Positions 12,729 to 22,897 of a stretch of DNA of 62,770 nt are shown here, in pieces. The stretch comes from an uncultured cyanobacterium (GTDB lineage: Bacteria > Cyanobacteriota > Vampirovibrionia > Gastranaerophilales > Gastranaerophilaceae), in the NCBI GenBank assembly GCA_946545285.1, contig CAMNNA010000001.1, positions 1-62,770 on the forward strand, written 5' to 3'. Made by a program: the position numbers and the translations under genes. Position 1 is the first letter of the stretch, and every line of letters starts with the position of its first letter. The notes beneath the pieces are model-generated. The model searched no databases, was not told the origin of the DNA, and saw only the letters and a program-made list of their open reading frames with translations.

Positions 12729-13481
12729 TTAATTATTTTTTCTATATTTATCAAGTAAATTTGTACTGCCTGTTTCAGTGTTCACAATATCAATAGAGTG
12801 AATACTATCTTTAAGCCCTGTTTCTTGCATTCCTTGCATAGAAACATCCTGTATTTCGGAATTATCTGCGTTTTTTGTTTCATTTTTTTCTTCTTCTGTT
12901 TTACTGCCCATCCAACCTTCAACTTTTTTAGCCATCGGTGTTGCAATAAACGGAACAATAACACGTTTTCCTAAAATTGTCGCCGCGGCAATGTTTGTAA
13001 TATTTCCGATAGTATCTAAACAGAACTTACGCAATTCTTTGTATTTATCAGAAATTTCAGATTTGCTGGATGGAGTTATACCTGCAGCTTTTTGATGGAT
13101 GCGAACCTTTTCCGTCAAAGGTTTTAATGCCTTTCCTGCCTTGTCAAATGTTTTAGGGAACAGAGAAGTTAACAATTTATTATTTAATTTCTTCATTCCG
13201 AAAAACATTCCTATTTGGCAAAGAATCATTAATAATCCGTTTGTTAAATCCAATGCTGAAACAAATTTTCTTCGTTTTTCAGGAATTTTTTTGTTATTTA
13301 AACTTTGCGTAACATACATTGCGCAGCCAATACCATCTTTTATACATATTGATGCAATAGTTGAAACGGCCAAAGCTTCAGCGTACTTTTCGCCGTCAAA
13401 TTTCTTTAAACCGCTTTGTATCTTAGCCCAATTAGTAATACCACCGAATAATTTTGAAGCAACAGAATCGACTATAGCCAT
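12729..13481 (-). CDS. hypothetical membrane protein, orphan family B
   Basis: Start/stop overlap (1 nt) with the upstream gene. Colinear similarity to 13481..15028 and 52058..53017 (basic loop K-I-P-E-K-R-R-K-F then a hydrophobic helix, plus a C-terminal hydrophobic IVPFIATPM segment). Confidence 0.7.
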   Translation of the reverse strand: MAIVDSVASKLFGGITNWAKIQSGLKKFDGEKYAEALAVSTIASICIKDGIGCAMYVTQSLNNKKIPEKRRKFVSALDLTNGLLMILCQIGMFFGMKKLNNKLLTSLFPKTFDKAGKALKPLTEKVRIHQKAAGITPSSKSEISDKYKELRKFCLDTIGNITNIAAATILGKRVIVPFIATPMAKKVEGWMGSKTEEEKNETKNADNSEIQDVSMQGMQETGLKDSIHSIDIVNTETGSTNLLDKYRKNN

Positions 13482-15028
13482 TATTTGTTACCTCCGTTCG
13501 GGTTATTTTCCTTTTTGACTCCGGCAAGAGCAGGGAAGAATATTTCCATAAACCTTGGATATATCCAATTCAATATCGTGCAACTAGCCGGCATTGTAAT
13601 TACCGCACCAATTATAATTTTAATCCATTGATTAACAGCTTTACATCTTGTATTTACTAACGCTTGATAACCGTCAACTAAATCTTTATATATTTTCTTT
13701 TGTAATTTTTCAGGAACAGAACTAAATACCTTGCTATCGCTTAACAAAGATGATAATTTTGCATTTTTCGGATCAAAACCGCATTTTTCAATTAATGCTG
13801 CTAATGTTCTTTGAACTTGGGAAGGAGAAGCATTTGCAGGATCTTCTATTTTTAATTTTTTCAATCCTTTGATTAATCCGTCAATCTCGTCATTTCGGTC
13901 ACGCATAACCTTAGCGTAAGTGTTCATATCAAAATGATCACCGCATAAATTTTTTATACAGTCTATACGATCTAATGTTCTTTGACACCTGCTCAATCGG
14001 ACTTTATGGTCATCTTTATCTACAATTTCTTGCAGAATTTGGCGAACATCAGATTTATCTGTATCTTTAATTGCTTGTTTTAGATAATCAAGAAGTTCTG
14101 TTTCTCCTTGTGGTAATTTTGACTGATCCAAAATATTTCTTAATTCTGCTTCATTTGTAATTAATTGGTCAGCACGAACCAAATAGAAATCTTTACCTCT
14201 TAATTCACCGTTTGAAAAATCATGAATTTTTAATTTTTCAGTACCGGCTGCATAAGAATCAATCTGTTTATTAATTAAATCAGCAATAGTCTTATTATCA
14301 ACGAATCTATCGCCAATTTTTATTTGACCATGTTCTTCTAAATACTTGGCCATATTTTCCAGTTGTTGGGCATGCTTTGCCTCAACTCTTTTGGCAACTT
14401 CTGATTTTATATAAGCATTTTTTTCTTTTCTGCTGTCAAATGTTATGTTTTTATCTTTAATTTCTTTTTTAACTTCTTTTTTAAATTGATTTTCAAGGTA
14501 TGATTTTGAATTAACTTCGCGTCTGTCTAAAAATAACCAATAATTTTTAGCATAATCGGGATTATTTGTTTGAGCATCTACAAATTTATTGATTAAAGGT
14601 TGAACACCGGCTTGCGTAATAATAGCAATTATTGCAGAAATCGGTTGACGCCATGCGGAATATTCCTTTGTGCGCCTAACTTCTGCTTTTTCTTCTTCTG
14701 TAGCGCCGGGTTTTGCTTTAACAAAAGGGTTAAAAGCAATCGGGAACGGGGCAACAAAACCCGTACCTGCTGCAGTAATCAAGATACCGCCCAATTCACC
14801 GGTCAGATAATCAATCCATTTTGCGCCGGAAATACGTTTCATCCATTTCGGATCTCCGCATAATTGTTTAATATAATCTAAAGTTGATAATGCGGTTCTT
14901 GTTCCATTTCCAAATGACGGATTGGAGCCTGAATAATGCTCTGAAGATAAAGCATGACCGGCTAAATTCTTTATTTTTTTGGAATTTACCCCTGAGTCTA
15001 TACTTTTTCTGACAATATCTACCTGCAT
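13481..15028 (-). CDS. hypothetical membrane-associated protein, orphan family B
   Basis: 515-aa ORF with a long charged coiled-coil-like middle, an N-terminal hydrophobic segment (GGILITAAGTGFVAPFPIAF) and a C-terminal one (IIIGAVITMPASCTILNWIYP). Confidence 0.7.
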   Translation of the reverse strand: MQVDIVRKSIDSGVNSKKIKNLAGHALSSEHYSGSNPSFGNGTRTALSTLDYIKQLCGDPKWMKRISGAKWIDYLTGELGGILITAAGTGFVAPFPIAFNPFVKAKPGATEEEKAEVRRTKEYSAWRQPISAIIAIITQAGVQPLINKFVDAQTNNPDYAKNYWLFLDRREVNSKSYLENQFKKEVKKEIKDKNITFDSRKEKNAYIKSEVAKRVEAKHAQQLENMAKYLEEHGQIKIGDRFVDNKTIADLINKQIDSYAAGTEKLKIHDFSNGELRGKDFYLVRADQLITNEAELRNILDQSKLPQGETELLDYLKQAIKDTDKSDVRQILQEIVDKDDHKVRLSRCQRTLDRIDCIKNLCGDHFDMNTYAKVMRDRNDEIDGLIKGLKKLKIEDPANASPSQVQRTLAALIEKCGFDPKNAKLSSLLSDSKVFSSVPEKLQKKIYKDLVDGYQALVNTRCKAVNQWIKIIIGAVITMPASCTILNWIYPRFMEIFFPALAGVKKENNPNGGNK

Positions 15029-15246
15029 AACTACCTTTTACTACCTTCTATTTATATAGAGTTATAAAAAGAAAAAAAATTGCTAAATTTCCCTCGTTTG
15101 TAAACAAATATTAACAAATATTTTTCTACTTAACCCGATAAACGCCATCCTTCAATAAGTAATCCCCAAGCGCATTTTGCCCCCACAGGACACCCATAAA
15201 TTATAGCAGAAAAAAAGATAAAATAAAAGATATATGTTACGATATA

Positions 15247-15828
15247 TTAACTGTGTTTATCTAATAATTTACTTATTCTTGCGAATCTGTCTAATTCAAT
15301 TCGTAATTTTTTAGTATCTGCGAGTTTCGTATTTGGGATAAACACAATATTGTCATGCCTGTCATCCATAAGAAACAAAGATGGAAATCCTGATAAATCA
15401 GCAGATTCTACAAGATTTTTATATTTTTCATCTTCCACATTAACTTTTACGAAATTATATTGATCTTTGTACATGCCATAAAGCATTTCAAATTTTGGCA
15501 TGAAACCGATACAAAAACGGCACCAATCTGCGTAAAACAAAACTACCATCGGTTTATTTTGTTTTACTGCTTCGTTATAATCCATTCCAACACTGTAATC
15601 TGACGGTTTTTTTGGAGTTGCGGCTTCAGCGCTCTGGTTGTTGCTAAACATAATTGATTCAACTTCTTCATCTTGCATTGCTTTTTCAATCCGTGATTGA
15701 GTTTGCTGATATTGAATATAACCAACCAGCCCGGCTATAACAGCAAGAGCAAAAAACATGCTTCCTACTAAAATCGCAACATGCTTTTTATTAATTTTTC
15801 CATACCATTCTTTTATATCAAACTTCAT
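15247..15828 (-). CDS. membrane-anchored thioredoxin-like protein
   Basis: N-terminal TM (VAILVGSMFFALAVIAGLVGYI). Thioredoxin fold with CxxC motif VVLFYADWCRFCIGF. Confidence 0.7.
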   Translation of the reverse strand: MKFDIKEWYGKINKKHVAILVGSMFFALAVIAGLVGYIQYQQTQSRIEKAMQDEEVESIMFSNNQSAEAATPKKPSDYSVGMDYNEAVKQNKPMVVLFYADWCRFCIGFMPKFEMLYGMYKDQYNFVKVNVEDEKYKNLVESADLSGFPSLFLMDDRHDNIVFIPNTKLADTKKLRIELDRFARISKLLDKHS

Positions 15829-15890
15829 ATCTTATTCTCCTTTTCCAAAATTATAATTGATAAAAGGAAAATAGCAAATTTTGTTAAATA

Positions 15891-17633
15891 TTAATGCTGT
15901 TTATAAACATTTTCACCGCAATAAGTTTCAATATTTGGAGTATCAATTTCAAAAACGTGAATTCTTCCCGGACCTAAATCAACAGATATTTCTCCTTCAG
16001 AAACTTGGAATTTGCTATCTTTTCCGTATTTAGGTAAAAGATTTTCAAGTTTTTGTGTAGCTTTCATTGTCGGAATTTCAATAATACCTGAAACATTTCT
16101 GTTTACGTTTTTATTTGCAATAACAAGAAGTGTTCGTCCATGTCTGTGACGGGCAAAAGCAATAATTTGATCGTTTTTATCTTTTTTCTTATTTAAAACT
16201 ATGTATGATCCTCGTTTTGTGACTTCCTCATATTTTTCTCGGAATTTCAAACATTCGGTCATGAATTTTCCGATTTGAGGTTCTTTTCCTCCCGGTTTTC
16301 TTGCCAAATTAAAAATATCCATTCTCCCATCAGGAAATGGCAGTGTCATTATTGAACTATCCGTTCGTGTATCAGCCCCGACATTTTTATCTTTATACGG
16401 ATAAACGTAATAGTCGCCTGATTGGAATCCGTCAACAAAATACGGATTTATCATCGGTAAAGTCGCCTGAAGTCCGGAAGTCAAATTACAAAAAACTTCT
16501 CCTCCATGAAACATCGGTGAAATATCATCATGAGTTGTAAATGAACCAATAAGTGATTTACCGACATCAACCCGATATGACATATTTAAATTGTCTATAA
16601 TATACTTGTGGAGTTCTGAGGCATTTGGCCACTCATTAAATATATGAAATTGTCCGTAGTAAGAATCGAAACCTGCGCGCAAGGAATCTTCAGGTCTGTC
16701 ATATGGCATATTAGCCTGCGGAGATGCATCTTCATAGGTATAAGTTTCAGCAAGCCATGCAAATTCAGGATCTCTTTTTCTTGAATAAGGAATAATAATA
16801 TCCCAAAATTCAACCGGCTTAGCTCTTGCCACATCAGCCCTTATTCCGTCAACACCCGCATCAATCATCATATCAACAAATTCTTTGTGATACTCTAATA
16901 ATTTTGGATTCAAAATGCGTTTGCCTTCATCTTCCCAAGGTTGAAACATTCTGATATCATTCCAACCTGCAGGAATTTTGGCAACACCATTTTCTTTTGC
17001 CATCAAATCAGGTCGTTTTTTATACAAATCGTAAGATGCACAACTTGGCAAATCAACCATAACTTTTATTCCCCGATTATGGCATGCCGTAACAAACGCC
17101 CTAAATTGTTCTATATCAGATCGAGGATCATTTTTATCAATCAATACCGGATCAATTTTTAGTAAATCTTCAGGAGCATAAACAGATCCTGCTGTGCCTT
17201 GCGCATTTTCTTTACCCGGAGGGTTTATCGGAAGTAAATGAAGGGTATTAAATCCTTCTTCTTTAATTTTATCCAATCTGTCAATTAAATTTAAAAATGT
17301 TCCCGGGGTTTCATTTCCGTCAATGTAGCCGTTACCGTTTTTATCATCTGAATTCGCGATTCTTGGCAGGACACACAATATATTTGCGCTGTTTGTCAGA
17401 AATAATGTTCTCAAATTATTTCTGTAAGGTTTTGGAGCTTCATTTAATGCCGGTTTTTCAATTTTATTGATATTATAAGAATTAATTTTAGACTGATTAT
17501 CAAGATATTTTTCCAGCAAATTTGTGGAAGTAAAACTGACTTCAACAGAATTATTCAATTTTGGATTTGTGTTAAAATAAACAGACTTATTATAAAATTT
17601 ATTGTAAATCAAATTGGTATCAAAATTTATCAT
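15891..17633 (-). CDS. GH13 alpha-amylase family glycoside hydrolase
   Basis: GH13 regions: GFNTLHLLPINP, GIRADVARAKP (region II), AWLAETYTYE (region III Glu), FTTHDD (region IV). Region I reads VMVDLPSCAS, which is atypical. No signal peptide. Starts 3 nt after the upstream stop. Confidence 0.8.
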   Translation of the reverse strand: MINFDTNLIYNKFYNKSVYFNTNPKLNNSVEVSFTSTNLLEKYLDNQSKINSYNINKIEKPALNEAPKPYRNNLRTLFLTNSANILCVLPRIANSDDKNGNGYIDGNETPGTFLNLIDRLDKIKEEGFNTLHLLPINPPGKENAQGTAGSVYAPEDLLKIDPVLIDKNDPRSDIEQFRAFVTACHNRGIKVMVDLPSCASYDLYKKRPDLMAKENGVAKIPAGWNDIRMFQPWEDEGKRILNPKLLEYHKEFVDMMIDAGVDGIRADVARAKPVEFWDIIIPYSRKRDPEFAWLAETYTYEDASPQANMPYDRPEDSLRAGFDSYYGQFHIFNEWPNASELHKYIIDNLNMSYRVDVGKSLIGSFTTHDDISPMFHGGEVFCNLTSGLQATLPMINPYFVDGFQSGDYYVYPYKDKNVGADTRTDSSIMTLPFPDGRMDIFNLARKPGGKEPQIGKFMTECLKFREKYEEVTKRGSYIVLNKKKDKNDQIIAFARHRHGRTLLVIANKNVNRNVSGIIEIPTMKATQKLENLLPKYGKDSKFQVSEGEISVDLGPGRIHVFEIDTPNIETYCGENVYKQH

Positions 17634-17636
17634 AAT

Positions 17637-20141
17637 TTATGAATTCTCCTTTCCCGGTAATTTCCCAAAGAAAAATTGCGATAATACCGTTCCGGCAGTT
17701 AATACAGCGCCAATTGTCCCAAAAGTTTTAAGCCATTTTGTACTGTTAAATTTTTGTTTGCAAAGATTGTTAAACATTTCATCAAGAGAACTTCCCAATA
17801 AATTAAATTTAAAGTCTGATCCTGATTTAACTTCATAGTCAAACACTTTATGGAATCGTTTAGGGAAATATTCATATCCGCCTAAGAATTTGAATATATC
17901 TTCACGATAACGTGCAAAATCTGATCCAAAAACTGTATCTTTAATACCTTCTAATGTTTTTGAATTTAGTTCTTCATTGTATATGATTTCCATAAAAGCT
18001 TTAAAGAAATTTTTATCATTTGCTAATTCGACCAAATCTTTATCGGCAGTGTTTGCAAGATGATCTAAACTTCGTTTTGAATACAATTTTACTGAATAAT
18101 CACTCAAATGACCGTCAATCAAAGTTTTTTTGCATAAATCCAATAATTCTTTTTTAGATACATCATCTAAATATTTAAAAGTTTGGGAATTAAAATTCAT
18201 ACCTTCATGAACTCTTCTGTAAAAATCTAAAGTATTTAAAATTCTGTAAAAAGAGCTTTTAACCCCGCGAATTCTATCAGTTAAAAAGTTTTTCTGAATG
18301 CCTTTTAAAGATGTTCTTCCACTGTCATCATATCCTGAAACCGCAGCAGCAGTAGAGTCTAAACCTAATTCTGATAATTTTTTACCCATTGCATTGAATA
18401 CATCATCAACCATAGATTGATATTTCGCGTTACCAATTTTTAATTGTTCGCTTTCTTGCCCAAAAACATTTTCTGTCGGAAGTTCAGACAATTTCTTTCT
18501 GAGATCTTCTATAGTTTGTTTGTATAACTCATCATCTGAAACTATTTTTTCAAATTTTTCTTTCAAAATGTCACCGGCAAAAGTTCTGTCTAATCGGGAT
18601 TTTTTAATTTCTGAATCAGTAAAATTAAATGTTTTTAAAAGACTTTCAGTTATATTATTCCAATTATCAGCCAGCATTGTTTCAGGAGCTTGCGCAGCCC
18701 TTATGTATGCGTATTTATCTAATACAAACACTCTTGATATAAATCCGTGCATCAAAGTATTTATTGAATGAATTTGAGAAATTATCCCATCTGTTAATTT
18801 TGCACTCTGGTTCGAACGCAAAGCTTTTTCCAGCGGAGAAAAATCTGTTTTATTTTTTGAATGCATTAAATTTTTAATATACATATTTAATATGTTATTA
18901 ACACTGCTGTTTGGATTATTTTGCGCATATGTTTTTACATTTCTTGTGATAAGTGAATTTATTGCCTTTTTATGCTCGGATAAATCTTTTATCCCTTCTG
19001 TTAACAACCCTCTTTCGATAAAAGAAGTTTTTATTTCATCTTTAGACGGCATTATTTGATTAATAATTTCATCATCCAATTTAAATTTTTTAAATTCATC
19101 TTTTAATGCACTATAGACATTACCTAATACTTCATCATCTACATTGTAGTTTTTGTTTCCGAAAAGATTTGTCAAATCTTGTTTTAATTTTGCTCTCGTT
19201 CCAATATCGTACCATTCAGATAAATTAGCGGACAATTTTTCAATAAATTCAGGGGTAATATTTTTACCCTTATATGTTTCTAAAAGTGCTTCTAATTGCT
19301 TATTTTCGTCTTTGAATTTGTATTTTTGAGATTCCTGAGTGACATTTTTTAATAAATCATTTGCTTTTTGAGCAGCCATTTTTTCCTGTAACCTTAAAAT
19401 CGGTTTTTCGGCAGCGTTACATATTAAAGCACTTAAAATCGGAGTAGCTATACCTGATGTAAGCATCCACATGGTGTTGTTTTGAAGGGCAATTTTTCTC
19501 ATTTTTTCCTGAATATAAGCCCTGCGATTTTTCATGTTTTTATCTACACCAAGTCTGTCACCTATTTTGTTTATTTCGTCATCTGAATATAAATCCCACG
19601 GAATAAATTGGTGATCTTGATAGAAGAATTTTTTTCTGCCGTAATTATCAACGTATTGCTGTCTAACATCAACTCCATGAATTAAATATGCAGGAAGCTG
19701 CAGCGCCAGTTTTGGCCAAATATCCATTGCCGCAAAAAATGAAGTTAATCCCACAAATTCCATAACTTTTGTCAGCGGAGTTTGTTTTCTTGTTGCTAAA
19801 TATCCGGCAATAGCAAGCCCGCCAAGTTTCATTCCCACATCATTAATTTTTCCTAATTCATGATCGTTTGCATCTCCTGTTATTGCATGTTTGACTGAAT
19901 TGAGGCTATATTTAAAATCTTTAAACAATTCTGAGGGGATATCAAAAATGTTTGTTTTTACTAAATGACCGTTGCCTGGTAACGGTTTTATAAATGTATG
20001 TGTTGATAATTCTTTATTAATATCAAAATCTTTAGCGGCCTTATCAGATTTATACTTTTGTAATATAGGAGAATTCCCTGTTTGGTATGCTTGTATCAAA
20101 TTAGTTTTCATCTTAGCACACCACCGTTTCTTTTTTATCAT
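17637..20141 (-). CDS. hypothetical membrane protein, orphan family A (834 aa)
   Basis: TM pair (LGGLAIAGYLA, FVGLTSFFAAMDIW) and a C-terminal TM. Colinear similarity to 20113..21156 (GVDVRQQY/GIDTQIPY, FIPWDLY/FTRWDLLY, INKIGDRLGV/FDKIAKKNGLG). Alternative ATG at 20111 lies 1 nt after the upstream stop. Confidence 0.75.
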   Translation of the reverse strand: MIKKKRWCAKMKTNLIQAYQTGNSPILQKYKSDKAAKDFDINKELSTHTFIKPLPGNGHLVKTNIFDIPSELFKDFKYSLNSVKHAITGDANDHELGKINDVGMKLGGLAIAGYLATRKQTPLTKVMEFVGLTSFFAAMDIWPKLALQLPAYLIHGVDVRQQYVDNYGRKKFFYQDHQFIPWDLYSDDEINKIGDRLGVDKNMKNRRAYIQEKMRKIALQNNTMWMLTSGIATPILSALICNAAEKPILRLQEKMAAQKANDLLKNVTQESQKYKFKDENKQLEALLETYKGKNITPEFIEKLSANLSEWYDIGTRAKLKQDLTNLFGNKNYNVDDEVLGNVYSALKDEFKKFKLDDEIINQIMPSKDEIKTSFIERGLLTEGIKDLSEHKKAINSLITRNVKTYAQNNPNSSVNNILNMYIKNLMHSKNKTDFSPLEKALRSNQSAKLTDGIISQIHSINTLMHGFISRVFVLDKYAYIRAAQAPETMLADNWNNITESLLKTFNFTDSEIKKSRLDRTFAGDILKEKFEKIVSDDELYKQTIEDLRKKLSELPTENVFGQESEQLKIGNAKYQSMVDDVFNAMGKKLSELGLDSTAAAVSGYDDSGRTSLKGIQKNFLTDRIRGVKSSFYRILNTLDFYRRVHEGMNFNSQTFKYLDDVSKKELLDLCKKTLIDGHLSDYSVKLYSKRSLDHLANTADKDLVELANDKNFFKAFMEIIYNEELNSKTLEGIKDTVFGSDFARYREDIFKFLGGYEYFPKRFHKVFDYEVKSGSDFKFNLLGSSLDEMFNNLCKQKFNSTKWLKTFGTIGAVLTAGTVLSQFFFGKLPGKENS

Positions 20142-21156
20142 TCATCACAGATTTAATATTTGATTTTGAAGGCTTTTTAGTAATATGCAATGTATTGGCT
20201 AACCCTAAAATTGTGGATGCTAATGCAGTTCCTAAAAGAATTTTACCCGAATGTTTTCCTGCAATGGATTTTGATTTTTCTTTGCCGTTTAAAAACGATT
20301 CGGTCGCTTTCAACGCACTTTTCCCGAATATTTTTATTGAGTGTGCAAAAACTTTAGGCTGCCAAATTTTAAAATTCATTACTTTAAAATAATGTTTCCA
20401 AGAATTTTGGAAAGCTAATCCAACGCCGACTGCCGCCCATAAATATGACGAAATTGTTCTTGCTAAATTTGATTTTATCAAAACTTCTTTATAAATAGGC
20501 TTTACTTCCTGATCTGAATCGTTTAAATTTTCTCCGAGTCCGTTTTTCTTTGCAATTTTATCGAAAATAAGATTATGTTCAGGGGTGCCTGTTTTTTTGT
20601 AAAGTAAATCCCATCTTGTAAAATCAACACTTTCGCCGATTTTATGATACTCAATACTTGTTAAATCCGAATCTTGCGGTGATTGTTGTAATTGATGTAT
20701 TACTCTTGCGTACGGGATTTGAGTATCTATTCCGGTGAACCATTTTACAGGTTTATCAATAAAGTTTTTTGAAAATTCCTTAAATAACCCGTAAAAAAGC
20801 ACCCCTAAAGCCATTTTATTGCCAAGTTGAGATGCTCTTAATTTATCCCTGTGCGCATAACTTTTGTATGCATTAAAAATCGACATCAAGGTGATACTGC
20901 CGATAATATAAGGAACATTTCCCATTGTTAAAAATTCATAGAAATTGGAATTTATACTGCCTGTCATGCCTTTTACCGGATAAACCGTAAAGGCTTTTGT
21001 AATTTTATCAACTCCAATCCTTGCACGAGTGGAAAAATTATTTTCTAAAAGAGTATCCCCATCGTACATTTCATCCGGTTTTTTCCCGGATTCCTCCCCA
21101 TAAAACTTTGGTGTTTTATCGTTAAATTTTATGTTTATCGGTAAAATCATGACCAC
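20113..21156 (-). CDS. hypothetical membrane protein, orphan family A (347 aa)
   Basis: First gene of the cluster, with GGAG 7 nt upstream of the ATG. Multi-TM, paralogous to the N-terminal third of 17637..20141. Confidence 0.7.
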   Translation of the reverse strand: MVMILPINIKFNDKTPKFYGEESGKKPDEMYDGDTLLENNFSTRARIGVDKITKAFTVYPVKGMTGSINSNFYEFLTMGNVPYIIGSITLMSIFNAYKSYAHRDKLRASQLGNKMALGVLFYGLFKEFSKNFIDKPVKWFTGIDTQIPYARVIHQLQQSPQDSDLTSIEYHKIGESVDFTRWDLLYKKTGTPEHNLIFDKIAKKNGLGENLNDSDQEVKPIYKEVLIKSNLARTISSYLWAAVGVGLAFQNSWKHYFKVMNFKIWQPKVFAHSIKIFGKSALKATESFLNGKEKSKSIAGKHSGKILLGTALASTILGLANTLHITKKPSKSNIKSVMNDKKETVVC

Positions 21157-21236
21157 TCCGCGCAGTATATTAATATCCCTAAATAATTTTTTTTGTCAGC
21201 GAAAATTACTGTTTTTACAATTTTTTACATTTTAAT

Positions 21237-21283
21237 AAAAAGCTATGACATTCTTCACTATCCTTGTGATCTAATGTCATAGC
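21237..21283 (-). terminator. intrinsic terminator of gltX
   Basis: 10-bp stem GCTATGACAT/ATGTCATAGC (21242-51 / 21274-83), followed on the minus strand by a U-run (A-run 21237-41 on plus). Confidence 0.6.
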
Positions 21284-21297
21284 ATTTATTATTTATT

Positions 21298-22764
21298 TTA
21301 TTTAATAGCTTTATTTGCTCTGTATAAACTCTTTTCTTTCCCAAGAATTTCTAATATTCCTACCATATCAGCACCGCAAGTTCTGCCTGTAATGGCAGCA
21401 CGAATTGCCCACATGGTAACTTTTGGTTTTATGCCTACAGATTCTTTCCAAAATGCTCTAAAATCTGCCAATTTTTCATGAAGATTTTCTTCATTCCAAT
21501 CCCAATCTTTTGCTTTTGAAACAAAATCTTTCAAAACATCTTGAGCAACATCTGTATCTAATGTCTTTTCTTGTGCTTCAGGATCAATTTGAACATCTTT
21601 TCCAAAGAAATAAGGAACAGCATCTGTAATATCCGATAAAAGAGTAAGCGGTTCCCTTGTTATTTCAACCATTTTTGTATATTGTTCATCAGTTAATTCC
21701 GTAAGATCATATTTTGTCAAATACGGTTTTAGCATTTGTTTTAGCTGTTCAATCGGGATTTGTTTTATATAATGACCGTTCATCCATTTTAATTTGTCGT
21801 ATTCAAAAATTGAATTTGAAGATGAAATTTCTCCGATTCTAAAATCTTGCGCAATTTGGTCAACGGTTTTAATTTCTTCCCCATCAGAAGGCGACCATCC
21901 TAATAATGCAACAAAATTAATCAACGCGTCTGTCAGGTACCCCTGTTTTACAAAATCTGAAACTGCAGTTGCACCGTGACGTTTTGATAATTTACTGCGA
22001 TCAGGCGCTAAAATCATCCCTAAGTGCCCGAATTTCGGGACTTCAAATCCGAGTGCTTCAAATATTAATATTTGCTTATATGTATTTGAAATATGATCTT
22101 CCCCTCTAATAACGTGAGAAATTTTCATCAACGCATCATCAATTACAACCGCAAAGTTATAAGTAGGAGCTCCGTTAGATTTTTGAATAACAAAATCTCC
22201 TAAAAGATTTGTATCCATATGAAGTTTTCCTTTTACGATATCATCAAATTCCAGAATTGATGAATCGTGAAAAGCTTTTTGAGCTTTTGCAATATTAAAT
22301 CTGATAGCAGGTTTTCTTCCTTCCGATCTTAATTTCGCTTTTTGTTCTTCTGTTAAATTTTCACATTTTTTTGAATAAACATAAGCTCTTTTAGCCTCAG
22401 TTGCTTCTTGTTTTTCTTGTTCAAGTTCTTCCGGAGTGCAAAAACATTCATATGCAAATCCTGAATCTAAAAGTTTTTGAACATATTTCGGATAAATATC
22501 AAAACGTTCAGATTGCGTATAAGGGCCGTATGGTCCGCCTACATCCGGGCCTTCATCCCAGTTTAAACCCAAAGCTTTCAAACTGTCAAAAATATTATCT
22601 ATATATTCTTGAGAAGTTCTGTCTGCATCAGTATCTTCTATTCTTAAGATAAATTTTCCATTGTTTTTTTTAGCAAACAAATAGTTAAATAAAGCAGTTC
22701 TTGCTGTTCCGATATGCAAATTCCCGCTTGGAGAAGGTGCAATTCTGACTCTTACTTCTGACAT
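21298..22764 (-). CDS. gltX: glutamate--tRNA ligase
   Basis: HIGH motif SPSGNLHIGTAR and KMSKS-type KLSKRHG. ATG at 22764 is preceded by AAGGAT. The 18 extra N-terminal codons in the track start at a TTG. Confidence 0.95.
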   Translation of the reverse strand: MSEVRVRIAPSPSGNLHIGTARTALFNYLFAKKNNGKFILRIEDTDADRTSQEYIDNIFDSLKALGLNWDEGPDVGGPYGPYTQSERFDIYPKYVQKLLDSGFAYECFCTPEELEQEKQEATEAKRAYVYSKKCENLTEEQKAKLRSEGRKPAIRFNIAKAQKAFHDSSILEFDDIVKGKLHMDTNLLGDFVIQKSNGAPTYNFAVVIDDALMKISHVIRGEDHISNTYKQILIFEALGFEVPKFGHLGMILAPDRSKLSKRHGATAVSDFVKQGYLTDALINFVALLGWSPSDGEEIKTVDQIAQDFRIGEISSSNSIFEYDKLKWMNGHYIKQIPIEQLKQMLKPYLTKYDLTELTDEQYTKMVEITREPLTLLSDITDAVPYFFGKDVQIDPEAQEKTLDTDVAQDVLKDFVSKAKDWDWNEENLHEKLADFRAFWKESVGIKPKVTMWAIRAAITGRTCGADMVGILEILGKEKSLYRANKAIK

Positions 22765-22858
22765 ATTTATATCCTTCTTTCTTTTAATATCAAGTGCATA
22801 ACAAAAGTAACACAGCAAAAAAAGATTTTCAAGGTTTAAACTAATTTTAAAATACCCC

Positions 22859-22887
22859 TTTACAAAAAGTTAGGTTTGCCTTACAAT
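22859..22887 (+). promoter_or_regulatory. sigma70-type promoter of the DtxR-family gene, overlapped by a DtxR-like half-operator
   Basis: TTTACA (22859-64), 17-nt spacer, TACAAT (22882-87). TTAGGTTTGCCTTACAATG (22870-88) matches the left half of the DtxR/IdeR consensus TTAGGTTAGCCTAACCTAA. ATG at 22898. Confidence 0.55.
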
Positions 22888-22897
22888 GTAAATCAAG

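Noticed and set aside
13099-13518. 139-aa plus-strand ORF
   Set aside because: It lies entirely antisense to the translationally coupled family-B genes, with low-complexity F/N/I-rich composition and no SD.
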